From positions 699,162 through 744,028 of the forward strand of contig NW_003314329.1 of the NCBI RefSeq assembly GCF_000143415.4: DNA of 44,867 nucleotides, given 5' to 3'. The position numbers and the translations under genes are program-made. A model generated the notes under the pieces. That model made no database searches, was not told where the DNA came from, and saw only the letters and a list, made by a program, of their open reading frames with translations. Origin of the DNA: Selaginella moellendorffii. Its lineage: Eukaryota > Plantae > Lycopodiophyta. Below, piece by piece: positions 1-13,771 of this stretch. Numbering within the stretch: position 1 is the stretch's first letter; every line of letters starts with the position of its first letter.

Positions 1-2408
1 TAAAAAAGAATAGAACTTTGTAATTAGGGATATATTAATGCGATTATTGTTTATTTTAATGACAACAAGATTAGAGCATTAAGTTTTAAGATCATTAGTG
101 TACTTAGCCAACTAAAGGGTTGCATATCTGATTTAAAGTATCCTATCAATGATATCACAAAAGTTTGTCCAATGTAATGTAGGGTAAAAGGAAAGCCTTC
201 ATAAGTTTTGTTATGAATGGCAAATAAATTTGTCTAATAGTTATTTTAAACAGTATTAATGGTTCCTTCCTAGGTATGATTATGAGTGAATCAATTAAAT
301 CTATAGTGATTAGAGATGATTTACAATGAGATGTAATCTTATTGCTCATGTTCACATTATGCAATCAAGAGTTCCTACCTTGATGCAAATTGGTTATAAT
401 GGTCTTACAAATGTTGAGTTGTGAGATGGATAATAGTGAAGTGCTAAACCATTTTATCCAAACTTACTATTAGAAGGCTTGGGATGCAATGCTTAATTCT
501 TTTCTAAGGAATATTGTTATTGCTCCTCAAGTAGCTTGGTGTTGGATTAGTTTTGAGTTTTATTAGAAAGAGATTGGTATGAGCTTATCCATGTTATGAG
601 CAAAGTTGTTAGTGTTAACTGTTGTAATTCTTTATAGGTGGGGTATAGCATTTATATTGCATTTTGTCAAATCAAATTGGCATTTGATATTTACATAAAC
701 CTTTGTAGTAATGGCATAAACATTGCTTGTGGTATTACTTAATTAATGATCAAGTCATTATAATATTTATATCATATCCATGTGAGCATGAGTAAAATGT
801 TTACAAAGTTGCTTAGAAAAATAATGATCAAATTCAAAGTAGTTAATAGTGAAGAAAGTAGTAGAATTGTAGTAGCTTTAACTGAATTCTTGGAGGTGGT
901 CTATTATGCTAAGTTAGTGATGGTACCTTAGTTCCTTGATAGTTTGCCCATTGAAGTTTTGGAAAAGGTTGTAACATTCACTTGCTAAGTTTATTTATTA
1001 GCACTTGGAGTAAATTATTAGATAGAGAACATGTGTAGTTGAGGCATTGACATTATTAACACTTGTGTTAGTGGAAGTGGCATTATTATATTGAGTGATA
1101 AAAAGTTTTCTTTAGAGTTTGATTTTTTATGACTTTTTTTTTGTTAGTGTTTTGACTTCATATTGGGTCTTGAATGTGATTAAAGAAAAGTGTAAATGCA
1201 ATATGGATATCTAAATATTCAATTTGTCTATATTCCTTTATATTATATCTGGAGTGTTATCTTTTTGTTTGACAAATATATAACTTGATGATGTGAATTT
1301 AGTATTTAGGTCTTATGAAGGTAAGTTAAAAAGTGATTGCTAGTTGTTTTGTGACTAGTAATTACTTGTAGACTTTGTTAAAGACTACTGTTACTAGCTT
1401 AGCTTAATGATGATCTAGTGGTGGTGGGCTTACTTACTAAATGGTGTTGTAGAGGATCGTGTCATAAGCTTTGCATGGTTTTCCATATTGGCATGTCAAT
1501 TTCACCTTTGTCAATGTTATTTAGTTGCTTTTAGTTTGTAGTGTTAGATTACATTGAGTCTTGGACATAATGATTCACTCCTTGATAATATATCATTTAT
1601 AGCTAAGTATTGTTGAAGGCTTGGTCTTGAATATTAAGTTTCAACCTTAGTTAGTTTTGTTGCTAAAGAGGTATGAGTGGTGGTTCACTCTTGGTTTCTT
1701 CTAGCATTATTTTTGTATGATGGCATTGAAATGATGCCTTGATATCAACATTGTTAAGTTGAAGTGAGATGAAATATTTTCTCCATAAGCATAGTTGAAT
1801 TAAATTTTCCATCTGTGGTGATTTAGATGGTTAGTGATTGGTTAGGGCTCATTGGAGATAGACATTTTTTGTTCACTAATCTCAATGAAGATAGTGTTGA
1901 TAGTTGACTATACCTTTGTGCTATTGGTATTTGTGCATTTTGCTAGTTAGCAATTATGTTAGCATTCAAACAAATTAAGTGGCAACTTAAGCTAATTGTG
2001 TTTTAGATGAGATTATTTAGTAGAGGTTGAGCTTTGTCTTTTCTTTGAAAAGTGATATAGTCATGGACTATGCTAACTTTACACGAGGAAAAGGTAATAA
2101 TTTATTAGAGTTGTTAAATCCTAAGTTGAAATTTTATCAATCATTGATAATTCTTCTTATACTTGTTATGAAGTGAGTTATGTTTTGCTATAGAAGATGG
2201 AATGTTAATGATTGCTAGAGGCAAATACCAACTTTAATATCAAAGCTAATAAGCCAAAATGTCTTCCTTGATGACTTATAACAAATGGAATAATGAACAA
2301 AAAAGCTCAAAGAACTAAAAGCTTGAATAAGTCTATAGCTAAGTCTAGTTTAGCAATGATCATGACATTTGTATGAACCAATTTCAATACCAAAAAAGAA
2401 GTCATGGT

Positions 2409-3081
2409 TGTAGTGCATATGATCATGGGATGAAATTTAGATATATTATCACTGTGGATCCTTGGAACCTTCGGGGATAAATGGGGATAAAATAGCCACT
2501 AAGGGCTCTCTTATCAAGCAATTGCCCTTTTTTAGTCAACTTAAGGGGAGAGAGATAAGGTGTGCTACAGTTGGTATTAGAGTAAATGGCACGGATTCGA
2601 TTCCCATTGATTAGTGGCTACTTAAAAATATAATATACCCTTGAGTAAGGTATATTCTTACCCCTAAATTTGAAATCATACATATTGGGCATCCATGCGT
2701 ACGTCCTTCATCTTGTGTAGAGTATCCACAGACGAATGTATCCACCGTGGGACTATTGTACAAGTGGATGGTTAGTTGCCTCACATGGAATAATTAGTTT
2801 ACATAATGGAAAGATTGGTAGATTTAATGTGGAAATGGAGGTGCTGGTTCCCCTTGGCTCAGTAGGGGTTGTTAGTTAATAGTCAATGAGGATATTGACA
2901 TCTTTGAAGGGGGGGTGAGTGTAGTGCACATGATCATGGGATGAAATTTGGATATACTGTCACTGTGGATCCTTAAAACCTTAGGGGATAAATAGGGATA
3001 AAATAGCCACTAAGGGCTCTCTCATCAAGCAATTGCCCCTTTTCCAGTTGACTTAAGGGGAGAGAAATAAAGTGTGCTACA
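2409..3081 (+). mobile_element. Complete TRIM (terminal-repeat retrotransposon in miniature), 673 bp
   Basis: LTRs 2409-2569 and 2920-3081 (TGTAG...CTACA). PBS tggtattagag 2572-2582 (tRNA-iMet type), PPT gaagggggggtgag before 2920, and 5-bp TSD ATGGT (2404-2408, 3082-3086). Confidence 0.92.
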
Positions 3082-3114
3082 ATGGTATAACTTATAATAT
3101 CCTCCTCAACACAT

Positions 3115-3572
3115 NNNNNNNNNNNNNNNNNNNNNNNNNNNNNNNNNNNNNNNNNNNNNNNNNNNNNNNNNNNNNNNNNNNNNNNNNNNNNNNNNNNNNN
3201 NNNNNNNNNNNNNNNNNNNNNNNNNNNNNNNNNNNNNNNNNNNNNNNNNNNNNNNNNNNNNNNNNNNNNNNNNNNNNNNNNNNNNNNNNNNNNNNNNNNN
3301 NNNNNNNNNNNNNNNNNNNNNNNNNNNNNNNNNNNNNNNNNNNNNNNNNNNNNNNNNNNNNNNNNNNNNNNNNNNNNNNNNNNNNNNNNNNNNNNNNNNN
3401 NNNNNNNNNNNNNNNNNNNNNNNNNNNNNNNNNNNNNNNNNNNNNNNNNNNNNNNNNNNNNNNNNNNNNNNNNNNNNNNNNNNNNNNNNNNNNNNNNNNN
3501 NNNNNNNNNNNNNNNNNNNNNNNNNNNNNNNNNNNNNNNNNNNNNNNNNNNNNNNNNNNNNNNNNNNNNNNN
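3115..3572. other. Assembly gap (Ns)
   Basis: Run of N bases. Confidence 1.
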
Positions 3573-6532
3573 TGCTAATGTTTACTTGATCAACTTTACT
3601 TCCTTAGTGTTGTTAACAAAAATCTATTCAAATCAATTAGTGTGATGATTGGCATGAATGAGTGTTTATTAGCTTTACAACATTCATTTTATTCTGTTAA
3701 CTGTTGCTATAGTTGATTCTACTAGATTAAACTGTTATTTCCTTTGGATGATACATTCGCAAGCATTATGCTTGTTTATCACCAATACTTTATGTTCTTT
3801 AAGTTGTCTTTCATAAGTTGTTTAATATATTATCTACAATCTTTAGTAATTAAGGTTTATCATTGTGTTTACTTAGTGGTATACTTACTATTAAATATTG
3901 TTGGATGGTTAATCCTATGTGTTCAACCTATAATGATCTTGATGATTCTTATTCTATCCTAGTTTATCAGATGATAACTTAATTAGACTACTTTTGTGTT
4001 CTAATGCATTTTTCATTGATAATTTAATATCTCTAAGATATCTTTGCCTATAGCTTTAATATTGCCTATCTCTTGATCTTTAGGTTTGGGCCAGTATAGG
4101 TATTTTGTATGTATGGTGAAATCTTTAGTCATGGGGAAGTGACATAGAAAGAGAAGCCGGAGGCCCTAGAGCAAATAAATCAAATTCATTGGTAAGGTTT
4201 ACATATAACTTTAAACATGTAATTAAAGTTATTTACACAGTCACACCCTTTTAATCAAAATAACATATAGGTAAGGGTATATCATCTTTTGTATGTTAGG
4301 TGACACCTAGAGTAGCAAGGGTAGTTAACTCCATTAGTCATTTCATTATTGGTGATGGTTAGAAGGTGTTTGAGTTGTAATGCATTTGCATTAGATAGAG
4401 ACGTTACCTCCAAACTCATTTAAATTGGTGTATTTATCATATAATGTGAACACCAAAACTTTTTTTAGAGTTGTTTAGTTTAGACTAGAGTATAAGAGAT
4501 TGATATTGCTAGACCCTTTATTAGACCCTCTTGTGATAATGGAATTAACTAAACATTTTAAGTGTACTTAGACAGAATGAGCATAAAGATGGAATTCCTA
4601 CATACTATTATCTAAGCAAATTTAGCTTGGTAAAGAGTTCCTATTTTGTTATGTCTTACACTGGCTAATAACAAGAACCTCTATGTATTGAGCTCTAGTC
4701 CCTTGTTTTGCCAAAACACCCTCACTATCATACCTCATGTGTTTATTCCGTTAGGTCTTATTGACTATTTATGGAAAGTGTCAAATCTACTAGTGAGGCA
4801 TATCTATAGAAGGTAGAGATTGTCCTGAACAAAATTGTATTATTTTTGCATCTAAATTTGCAATCTAGCACAATTCCATATAAGTTTTTATAATTGTCCC
4901 AAAAAATAATTCTTAGGAAAGCCCAAAGCGTGAATTCCTCTAGAGGGGGCAACATTGTGGAGGGTTCCAAATGTATAATAGGGATAGTGCATAGGTCAAG
5001 CATAGCCAACTAACCTAAAGTATAATTTAGTTCCTTGCTTGCGTGCTTATCCTTTTTTACATTCGGTTTGGGTCTAGAGCTAGTATCCATGTCCTTATAT
5101 TAGGCCACTGGTATGCTTAAATAGTGTTAGACTTCATTTGGCTCTGTTTTGTGTGTTAGTTCTAATATTGGGATGTTGAATGCTCTAAAACTGTTCCAAA
5201 ATCACTCTATACTCCTATCTCTTTGCTCTTTAAGTTGTACACTTCGGAGCCATTTCATAAGGTATCTTTTCAGTTCCATAGCAAAGGCTCTGCTTTGCTA
5301 AGTCTAGAGGGTATTCACCTTTAATGGGTCTCTTTAGCATTTTCTATTATGGGTTCTATGCATGGCCAAACCTAGCAACCCAACCATGAGTCCCTTTTTT
5401 AGACTCACAATACCATTGCATTGTCGTAGTTCATTTCCTTTATGTGTTTTTCCCACTTGGTCACTTTGACCAAGCCACACCATTACCAATAGTTTAAATC
5501 AACACTTTGAATTAGGAACTTTATTTCTTAACCTCACAAGGACCTTGTCTTTGTTTTAGCCATAAGACTACTTAGTGATCTAACCTTGACACCTTAACAG
5601 GTTTACCAATTCCAGACTTTTAACTTATTAACTATGACCCCAGGGGCATCCCCCACACTTTGCGGTGTGCCCAAGCTAGCCTTTCTAGCCAAAGGTTCAT
5701 AACAACTAAGACTAAGTGTCCCTAACTCATTCACAATGTCCTTGGTGCCACTTGCACTAAAGTGTTCAAGCTAGATATGTTGAGCTTTCACATTAAGTAA
5801 TCTAACTGTGCATCATGACTTCGGGGCATCCCCCACTTGGTGGTGTGCCCAAGCCAGTCTCGTTACTGAGAGTCCATGACCACCAAAAAATGAGTGTCCT
5901 CATATTCTAAACCATCACCATGCCTTAGTGAGTTAGAACTCGAACCCAAGCACTAAAAGGTTTGGACTTGAACTCAACCTCCATATATGCATCTACGGAT
6001 GGCATCACCTAGGATGCCTAGTGTGACTCCTTACGCTAGTGCATTAACTTATACTTAAAGCATGCTACAAATCACAACTTAAGAATCTAGTTCCTCTGCA
6101 CTGCCCTGTCCTTTCACTTGACAAGTCTATGATCATGCATGGACTTTTCCATACTTGGCCCCATAGGCCACTTCTTTTTGAAGTCAACATCTTTAACTAA
6201 GTTCTTTGTTCCCCCAACTTATCAATCTCACTTAACAAGTCACTCGACTAGCATAACATGGTTTCATGCATAAGTGTGAAAGTCTTTAACCATCAACTTT
6301 TGTTCAAAGTTATGATCTCTTTAAACATGGTTGTGATCTCTTTAAACACTCAAGGACTACTTCCTCAATCTTGATAGTCTCGCCTCCTGACAAGCTTCAA
6401 GACCACACTTTTGTTGTGCCACTCTGATTTTGTGTATTTTATAAACCACTTACACTTATTTTTCTAGGTACTAATCTACCTAAAATTGTCTGTAGGAACC
6501 TTAAAAGGACTCTCTTCTTTAGCTTGCTAAGG

Positions 6533-7293
6533 TGTAGCACACGTGGTTTTTACCCTTTATCCTATAGTGATTTACCATAGGATAACCACAAAGTGGAACC
6601 TAAACCCTCTTTGTGCCACATGTCATATGCCATGTGTTCAAAGGAACATGGTGTAAAACCCGAGTTTCAAAGCCTTGGACCACTGAAAGAAGGAACGGTG
6701 CCAAACTCCAAAGCATGGAGCCAAGGATTAATGCCACTAGGGCACAAAACGACTCCTAAGCATATAACCCAAGGAGCAAAGGGATAGGAGCACAAAGTGA
6801 TTTGGAATAGTCTTAGAGTATCCAACATCCCAATGCTAGGATTAACACACAAAACGGAGCCAAATGGAATCTAGTGCTATTTCAGCATATTGGTGGCCTA
6901 ACGCAAGGACGTGGGTACTCCACCAATTAGCATGGTATGGAGCTTGGGCTTAGACTTAAACTGGATGTAAAACAAAAATAGGCACGCAAGCAAGAGCTAG
7001 ACTATGCCTTAAGTTAATTAGCCATACCCAACTTACCCACTATCCCTACTATACATTTGGAACCCCACCCCCCCCCCCGCTTGAGGAATACACACTTTGG
7101 GCTTTCACCCAAGCCTCCCTTAGTACCAGGAGTTAGTCTCTAGGACAAGCTCAAAACTTATTAAATATACAATATTTGTAGATTGTGAATTTAGACATAA
7201 AACAAACACCATTGTGTTTAAGCCCATCTCTATGAATATGCTAAATAAATAAATCTGGACACTTTTCATAAATAGCATTTGGGACCAAAATGA
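6533..7293 (-). mobile_element. Partial family-L LTR in reverse orientation
   Basis: Begins tgtagcacacgtggtttttaccctttatcc, the reverse complement of the LTR end at 36430-36468 and 42545-42583. Similarity runs to about 7293. Confidence 0.85.
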
Positions 7294-8599
7294 GTGGTAT
7301 ATTTAACTTTTTTATCCCAATAAAAAGTCTTGGATAGTTAACTTCTACCAATCGAATCAATTATTTTGCACCTTTTGCTTAGTTGCCTCATAGTTGTCAA
7401 ATCCTACAATGCATTGCTAGTGCTTTCACACCTCCATCATTATTTGGGTCATCACCTTCTAACCGCATGCCTTCTAACTTAGGCTATTCCATTCTCATTT
7501 CCATTAGGATTCCTTTGGCAAGGGGTTCTCATAAACTCGCCAACTTAACCTCAAGGCATCACACCTTGGCACATTTGGTGTCTCCACACTATAAGCTTCA
7601 CGAGCCTACCTTTATGACACTTCGCACTTGTGTTTAAGTCTTTGCCAAGACCAATATAGTCATTTCTTATGCTAACTATTAGTTAGCACTACACCATAGC
7701 ATTCATATACAACTCTGTGTTAAAGTTTTTTTCTTCTGGGAACACATTTCCCACGACTTTGGTATGGTGCCTTTTGCCATTAATAAGATACACACTATTC
7801 CCATATTTGGATTTTATGATCCTCCCTATTCCTGGTAGGGTATGACATACCTCAATCCAAATGCTTCCACTAGTCCTCTAGGACCATTTCTTGACTCCAC
7901 TTGAGTCATCCAACTTTTTGGACTTTCTTAATTCAATAACCCATAAGGTCCTAGCCTTCTAGCTATTTTTGAGGTATCAGTTCACTACAATACATTTTCC
8001 TGTATTCATGTCCTACTCATAAGAACTACCTTTGCAAGTGTTATTTCGACACTTGATTATTTTCCATTCCCTATGGGCTAGCTTTGCCCTTTAGGATTAT
8101 CTTCTATATGATGAGAATACCAATTCATCTTCTAAGCACACCCCCAACTCCTGGGGTTTTTTCCTAGCATTTATAAAAGGTAGCCCCTGCTACCATTTCA
8201 AAGACTTGTGTCCTCATCTGTATTTGACTTCCCACAATCATTAATTCTAGTCTTAAATTCACGAGCACCAGCCTCTACTATATGAGGATAATCTTGTGAC
8301 TCCATTGTTTTGGGGTCTCTCTTTTTCTTGTGATCCCAACGATAGTTGTTTACCACAACTACATTAGCTAGTTTGTTATGTTAAAATCTCATCTAGATCA
8401 CATCCTCAACTCTCTAAGGCAATCCTTATACTGTTCCTAAGATCCCAAAGTCATTCCCAAATTGGCACTTTTTCTATCCACCACATTACCAACATGTTCA
8501 CTTATAAACTAAAGTGGAGAGTCACGCCCTTTTGACATGCTACTCTTCGAGGATAGGCCCACTCCTGAGACCTTCCAATGCCAAGACAAGTGGTGATAT

Positions 8600-8621
8600 G
8601 CTCTATTTCGTTAAAGTGGGA
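8600..8621 (+). repeat. 22-bp terminal inverted repeat GCTCTATTTCGTTAAAGTGGGA (copy A end)
   Basis: Identical to 16666-16687 and to the reverse complement of 28279-28300. Confidence 0.92.
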
Positions 8622-9389
8622 TTTATTCAGTAAAATGGGACTAGGTACAAATTTTCAAGTATTTGAAAATGACGTGAAATTATATGTTTTTTGTCCAGGG
8701 GCTAGACATATCTGGGGCATGGTGACTAGCGCGGTGACTTTGTGTCCAGACTGAGTCCATCTGGTTGTATAATAAATCTCATTGTCAAGGTAAACAAGCC
8801 GAATCTGAAGCTAAAGAAGAGCGATGGCATGCGCGCACACATTATTTGTTTGTTCATTGAGCGTGTGGTGAGCTTTCCAAGATGAACGTCATTCCTATTA
8901 GCCAGACATATAACTTAATGGTGAGAACATTTAGATATTATTCAATGTTATCTTTTTCTAACGAATCTAATTGTGAAGGTGTAGCAAGAGGCATTGCTAG
9001 TCTGGAGAAGTCATTTAACTCATTTGACCCTTAGTGTATTTTCATGAAACTAAATAACATTCATATTATTAAGGAATTTCTCTAGTACCTTTTTTTTACG
9101 ACATAGAGGCTTGCATTTCTTTCAAAGGTGATTTAGTAAAAGGCCTGAGGGCACATGCCATTCTATTTCTCAGACCGGTATTAAGATATACTAGTGCAAA
9201 GGGAAAAAGGTATTTGGTGATCAAGTAAATGGCATGAGGGCACACGCCATTATAAGCCTAAGCGCTAGTGGACACCTCCTTTTTGGTGTCACGCCTCATG
9301 CCATCACGCCATGCCATCACGCCTCCTCTGATTCAGATTCGGATTGTTCATCTTGAAATAAAATACATTAGAAACTTAGTAAAGGAATA

Positions 9390-12300
9390 TTAATGAATCT
9401 CACCTTGAACCCGGGTTATGAATGCTCTTCCTGCATCTCTTGCATGGTCTAGCAAGGTGATGGTGGCACTCTGCTTCCGCATCCAACCATGCACAACATT
9501 ATCCACCGATATGCTCATGCTGGGATCCCTTGGATTCAGCACCCATCTCTTTTCTAGGCAATCCTTCGTATATCCGGAACTTGGCTTGAACCACTCCACA
9601 GTTGCATTGAAGGAGTTAGTTTCCGCGTCCTCCTCTGCATCAATGATGCAGCGCCCCACCCATATCATTTGTTTTTTATTACTGGGTCTGACAAGCACGA
9701 CCATTCCTTTGCAGACCTGTACTGGATTGAATGCTGAATCCGGCTTCTTGTTCCTCGGCCCACAATAGTGATCCTCAACATCGTTATCTGTCACTGCATT
9801 TCCAGAGGACATTGTTCCGCTACTATCTGGTGCTCTGGGTTCTGGCCAAAAGGACTCTTCCAATTCTTCATATACAACCGGCCCATTTTGGATAGCAGAT
9901 ATAATCTTCTCCCAGTATCCGAGCAAAGGCTTGCACCTCTTAAAATAGGATTCTCCACCAAACACCAACCCCCTCTTCCAGAAGGCAATATGCTGTCTAA
10001 TCCCGGCCACTATACTTTCCTGGTCTTTGAGTCCATCCGGGTGCATCGGCCGTGGGGAACCCTGAGGAATCATAGGTTCCCCAGTTATGGGATCTCTCTT
10101 GAAGAGTTCAATGCCGTCCACTGGCAACCACACTGTGTCCCATTCTCTCATCTTGTACCTCATCACTAGAGCACCTTCACGCATGCTGAAATGAAACTGA
10201 AGAGGCTTGGAGTGGCCAATCAGCGTTTCGGATCTGTCTCTGATGTAGCCTCTTACAAACCCCTTAAAGTCTGGAACCTCTGTCACAAGTGCAGCTTCAA
10301 CAGTGCCTTTGATGCAGTTTTGGAATTCATCGTAGAGTTGTGGGAGGGTGAGGACATTGGATTGCCGGAGGGACTCTGCCAGGTGACTGAACATGGCATC
10401 GATGTCTTCATGAGTGTGCCCAACCATGAGAAAGCCAAGTGTAACCGTTTCAAATATGCCTTTGGCAACAAGCATCGCCAAGTACGCGAAGACGTACATG
10501 TTTTTGTTCTCACTGCCAGCATTGTCTGTTTGGAGCAGAAGATGGGGTGGAAGGCCACATCGGCTGCAAGAACTTCCTTGAGATTCTGCTTCGTTTGGAT
10601 GAGGCTGTGCATTCACCGGGCGACCAGCCTCGTCGGAATGGCATGAGGCCTCACGTGATAACCCTACAATCTGACGGCCAACATATTCACTGGGATGGCA
10701 TGGGGCCCCACGCGATACTGCAAGCCTTTGCTCCTCCTCCAGCTGAACCCTGTATGGGGTTCGATTGACAAGGGCCTTATGCAAGGGTTGGCCGTTCAGC
10801 TCAGTCTGCGCACTTTGCAGAGACCTTAAGTGTTTTGCTAGGGACGCAATCATCATGTTTGCACCCCCGCCACCCCATAGAGGTACAAAGAAGTTCCCAT
10901 AGTTTTGGGCACCATGCCCATGAGCGATTATGCCAAACAGAGACACAGGCAGCTACATGGATGAAGAGATTGCCTTGGGGGCAGGATTGAGTCGAGGTAA
11001 GCACGTCTTTTTTTGGTCCATTTTGTCGTGGATGATGCAGAGGTAAGAGTCAGGTCTCTCCATGGAGAGAATTCTGTTATGATAATATGCAGTCCTGCAG
11101 CTTCTCTGCTTGATGTTGTGGTCGAGCCGCCTTCTAACCAACGTCTCTCGCTCTTGAGCGCTGCAAGAATTCTTCAACAAAGCCATTTTGATAGCAGTGC
11201 ACTCGTCACACTTTGAAAAGCTGGAGTACTTTCCTATACTCACATCCCTGAACCTGTTGCTCCACAATCTACTAAATCTAGATTGGCTCAGCTTCCTGTA
11301 GCCATTACTCTGGAGTTCCTGATTTACATCTTCCAATATGGCCCCCTTGGTATACATGGAAGGGAGAACTCGTTGGGTGTCTCGTGTTCCATCTTCCAAG
11401 AGGCGGGCTTTATGTGGTTGCTGCTCGCTACATGTCTCGACAAACCTCTTGAAGATTGCCTCTCCATATACAACATGACCCCTGGTTTTGTGCGTACCAT
11501 CGTTCCCATGGACTGCCTGTTGAACCCTTTGTTCCTCGAACTCAGTTTTGATTCTATAGAATGTGGTTCGAGGGACTCCATAAATGATTCTCCATGCCTT
11601 CATGCAGACCAAACCCCTCTGGAAGACCATGCCCCCCACCTGATGTTCTGAAGCATCAACAGATGACCATAATGCCTCATACACAAAATTGCGAGCTGCC
11701 TTCAGGACAGGACAATGTCTTGTATCTTGTTCTCTCCTCTTCAATAGCATCCCAATCAGCATGTTGACAGCACCTCCTCTTGCAACAAGCAACTGTCGAG
11801 ACCATTCGAACCTCCATCGCCATTTTCTGCCTTTTCGGTTCATTGCTCAGATCCCTTTGGCTGTGCTTTAGGAAGGTGTACTTTCTTTTCCCATGAAGAG
11901 ATGTTCTGTCATCAGTTGTAGTGGTGTTTGATTGTGAATCCTTCACATTCTCAAACACTAAGTGCCTCAATTTCCATCACACAATACTTCCAATAGTTAG
12001 ACTGTTTTCTTCTGTGTCAACAACCTTTAAAATCGCAACTCCAATATCATCCCAGCCCAATTCTTGATTAGCAACTACATCTCTTGGATCAACAACTGTG
12101 GCTAAGCCCTTAGCTACCACCTCTCCCTCGGGGTTGTTTAGAAACACCTTTTCCTGAATCCATGTAGCACGGTTCTTAAGATCCACGGAGGGAACATGCG
12201 TCACACTTGCGCTGTCCCCAACATTTGCTTTCTTCTGAAGATTTTTCAAGGCAACAACAACATTTACCCCGACGACCATCTCTCCTCGTTCAATAGCGAC

Positions 12301-12462
12301 CACATTCCCATTGAAGACAGTCTCTACTGATACAGCAGCATTGCCTTCCCCAAGCCTTTGACAGTGTATAACAAAGTTCCGATCCATAGACACAAGGGTC
12401 CCTTTTGCAACTCTCTTCCCACCATTCAAAATGTAAACCTTTTCCCCAACCCTGAAGGCCAT
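9390..12462 (-). pseudogene. DDD-type transposase of about 1,000 aa (GHTHEDID / DNxxxENKN group, possibly Sola-related), with 2 stops and 1 frameshift
   Basis: Joins ORFs 11977-12462, 11677-11970, 10953-11843 and 9390-10946. It has tandem N-terminal Tnp1/En-Spm-like repeats (VAKG..DP..LG..V.V), a CC..CC motif and SKCDEC. The candidate catalytic aspartates are in HDKMDQ, QTDNAGSENKN and FLMVGHTHEDIDAMFS. Stops at 11977 (TGA) and 10953 (TAG); frameshift near 11705 judged against copy B. Confidence 0.85.
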
Positions 12463-12828
12463 TCTGAAAGTGCAGAAAAGAAGTTAAGACCATACAAAAA
12501 ATGATTGGAGAATGGCCTAAATCATAACATACCAAACAACCTCTATAGCATGAGGCCACATGCCATTATTCAAACATGCTATTGACACCCACATGAAATT
12601 TCGCATTCACAAAATTGGCATGAGGCCTCATGCCATCTTGATATACACACAGCTGCAGGCAAGTAAAAACATACATGACAATACGCTAGCCATGAAATTG
12701 CAAGGGCCCAAGATGGCATGTGGCCTCATGCCATTTCTAAATGTGGTCCTAAGCCATTCCATGGTGAACATTCCAGGAAGCCCAAGTGCCGAATATCAAG
12801 AGGAAGCGGTAGCCACACCAAAGACAGT

Positions 12829-12945
12829 GCCGCTCGCAACACCACAACTACTCGTAGCGCCGCTCGCAACACCACAACTGCTCGTAGCGCCGCTCGCACA
12901 AACTGCCACTCGCATAAACTGCCGCTCGCAATGCCGCAACCGCTT
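12829..12945. repeat. CpG-rich 30-bp tandem repeat (gccgctcgcaacaccacaactrctcgtagc) upstream of the transposase
   Basis: Three to four units; mirrored in copy B at about 25803-25935. Confidence 0.85.
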
Positions 12946-13745
12946 GTAGACGCATAAACCATAGCTCACAACACCGCTTACACAAGCAGCGCTCACTGCG
13001 CTCAGCGGAACCAAGAACACGGCGCACAAAAATGATAGACCTAGGAATGAGTTCGAGAATTCAAAAATAACACACGCTTGAACGTCACATCAAATCCTCT
13101 AACAAACCAGATCTTATGATTCCTCTGACAAATTTCAAACTGAGTAGCTTCTAGACTTTGCTGTCGGAGGTTGAACTTTGTCACATCATGTCCTTGCCTC
13201 GATCCAGCTGTGCCATGTCAGTGATTCGAACTTTGCCATGCCGTGTCAGCGATCCGCGCCAAAATTATTCGCCGTGTAAAGGAATAATTATGTTGTGTGT
13301 GTACGTCCATTTATGGCAATATATGGCCACACGCCATTCAAAGAATAATGCTAGTCGAGCATTTTTTTGTGCATTTTTGTGTTCAAAATTGCATGAGCCC
13401 ACACGCTATAAAGTTTACCTGTACCAAAAATAGAAACAGCTTTATTTACTTGGGAATTTAAGTGGTTGAGGCATTTTTAAACTTACAAACACATGCCCTA
13501 CTTACATTCCTTTGGTTGCTTAAAATTCAAAAATATTATAAACCTTTCTTTTTGCATTTTCAATGTTTTCAATTATGGTTTTTGATTTTCGCAGGACCAG
13601 CCTAGTAATCTATTTGCATCCCGTCATGTTTATAGCTAGCTTTCGTTTGTCCCATTCGCTAGCCTGAGATACATCTGCTCGGCATCTGCCTCTTACAGCA
13701 TTTGCCCAGAAAGGGCATCTTTCTTCACGCAGCATTTGCCACATG

Positions 13746-13771
13746 TTTAGGGTTTAGGGTTTAGGGTTTAG
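13746..13771 (+). repeat. Interstitial telomeric repeat / telo-box, (TTTAGGG)3 TTTAG
   Basis: Seen directly; also at 14615-14637 (degenerate) and 24978-25003 (as CCCTAAA). Confidence 0.9.

Larger units (their letters stand above)
1..5240 (+). mobile_element. Heavily decayed copy of the LARD-like LTR element (family L): internal region plus part of the 3' LTR
   Basis: Colinear similarity to 36900-42360 (e.g. 312 gagatgatttacaatgagatg vs 37096 gagatgatttgcaacgaggtg; 3740-4140 vs 40580-41000; 4690-5240 vs the LTR at 41720-42360). It is more AT-rich than the other copy and has no ORFs. Confidence 0.75.

Noticed and set aside
2409-3081. Cassandra-type TRIM carrying 5S rRNA
   Set aside because: No recognisable 5S A/C-box sequence in the LTRs.
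3072-3578. 168-aa ORF
   Set aside because: It spans the N gap.
5633-5910. Imperfect ~100-bp direct repeat (ggggcatcccc...gtgtgcccaagc)
   Set aside because: No element boundaries or coding context; probably part of an old retroelement untranslated region.
7300-8599. Possible decayed gag on the minus strand
   Set aside because: Only vague similarity by eye, with no firm motif, so it is left unannotated.
13746-13771. Telomere healing or a chromosome-fusion scar
   Set aside because: The repeat occupies the same internal position in both transposon copies, so it is part of the element.
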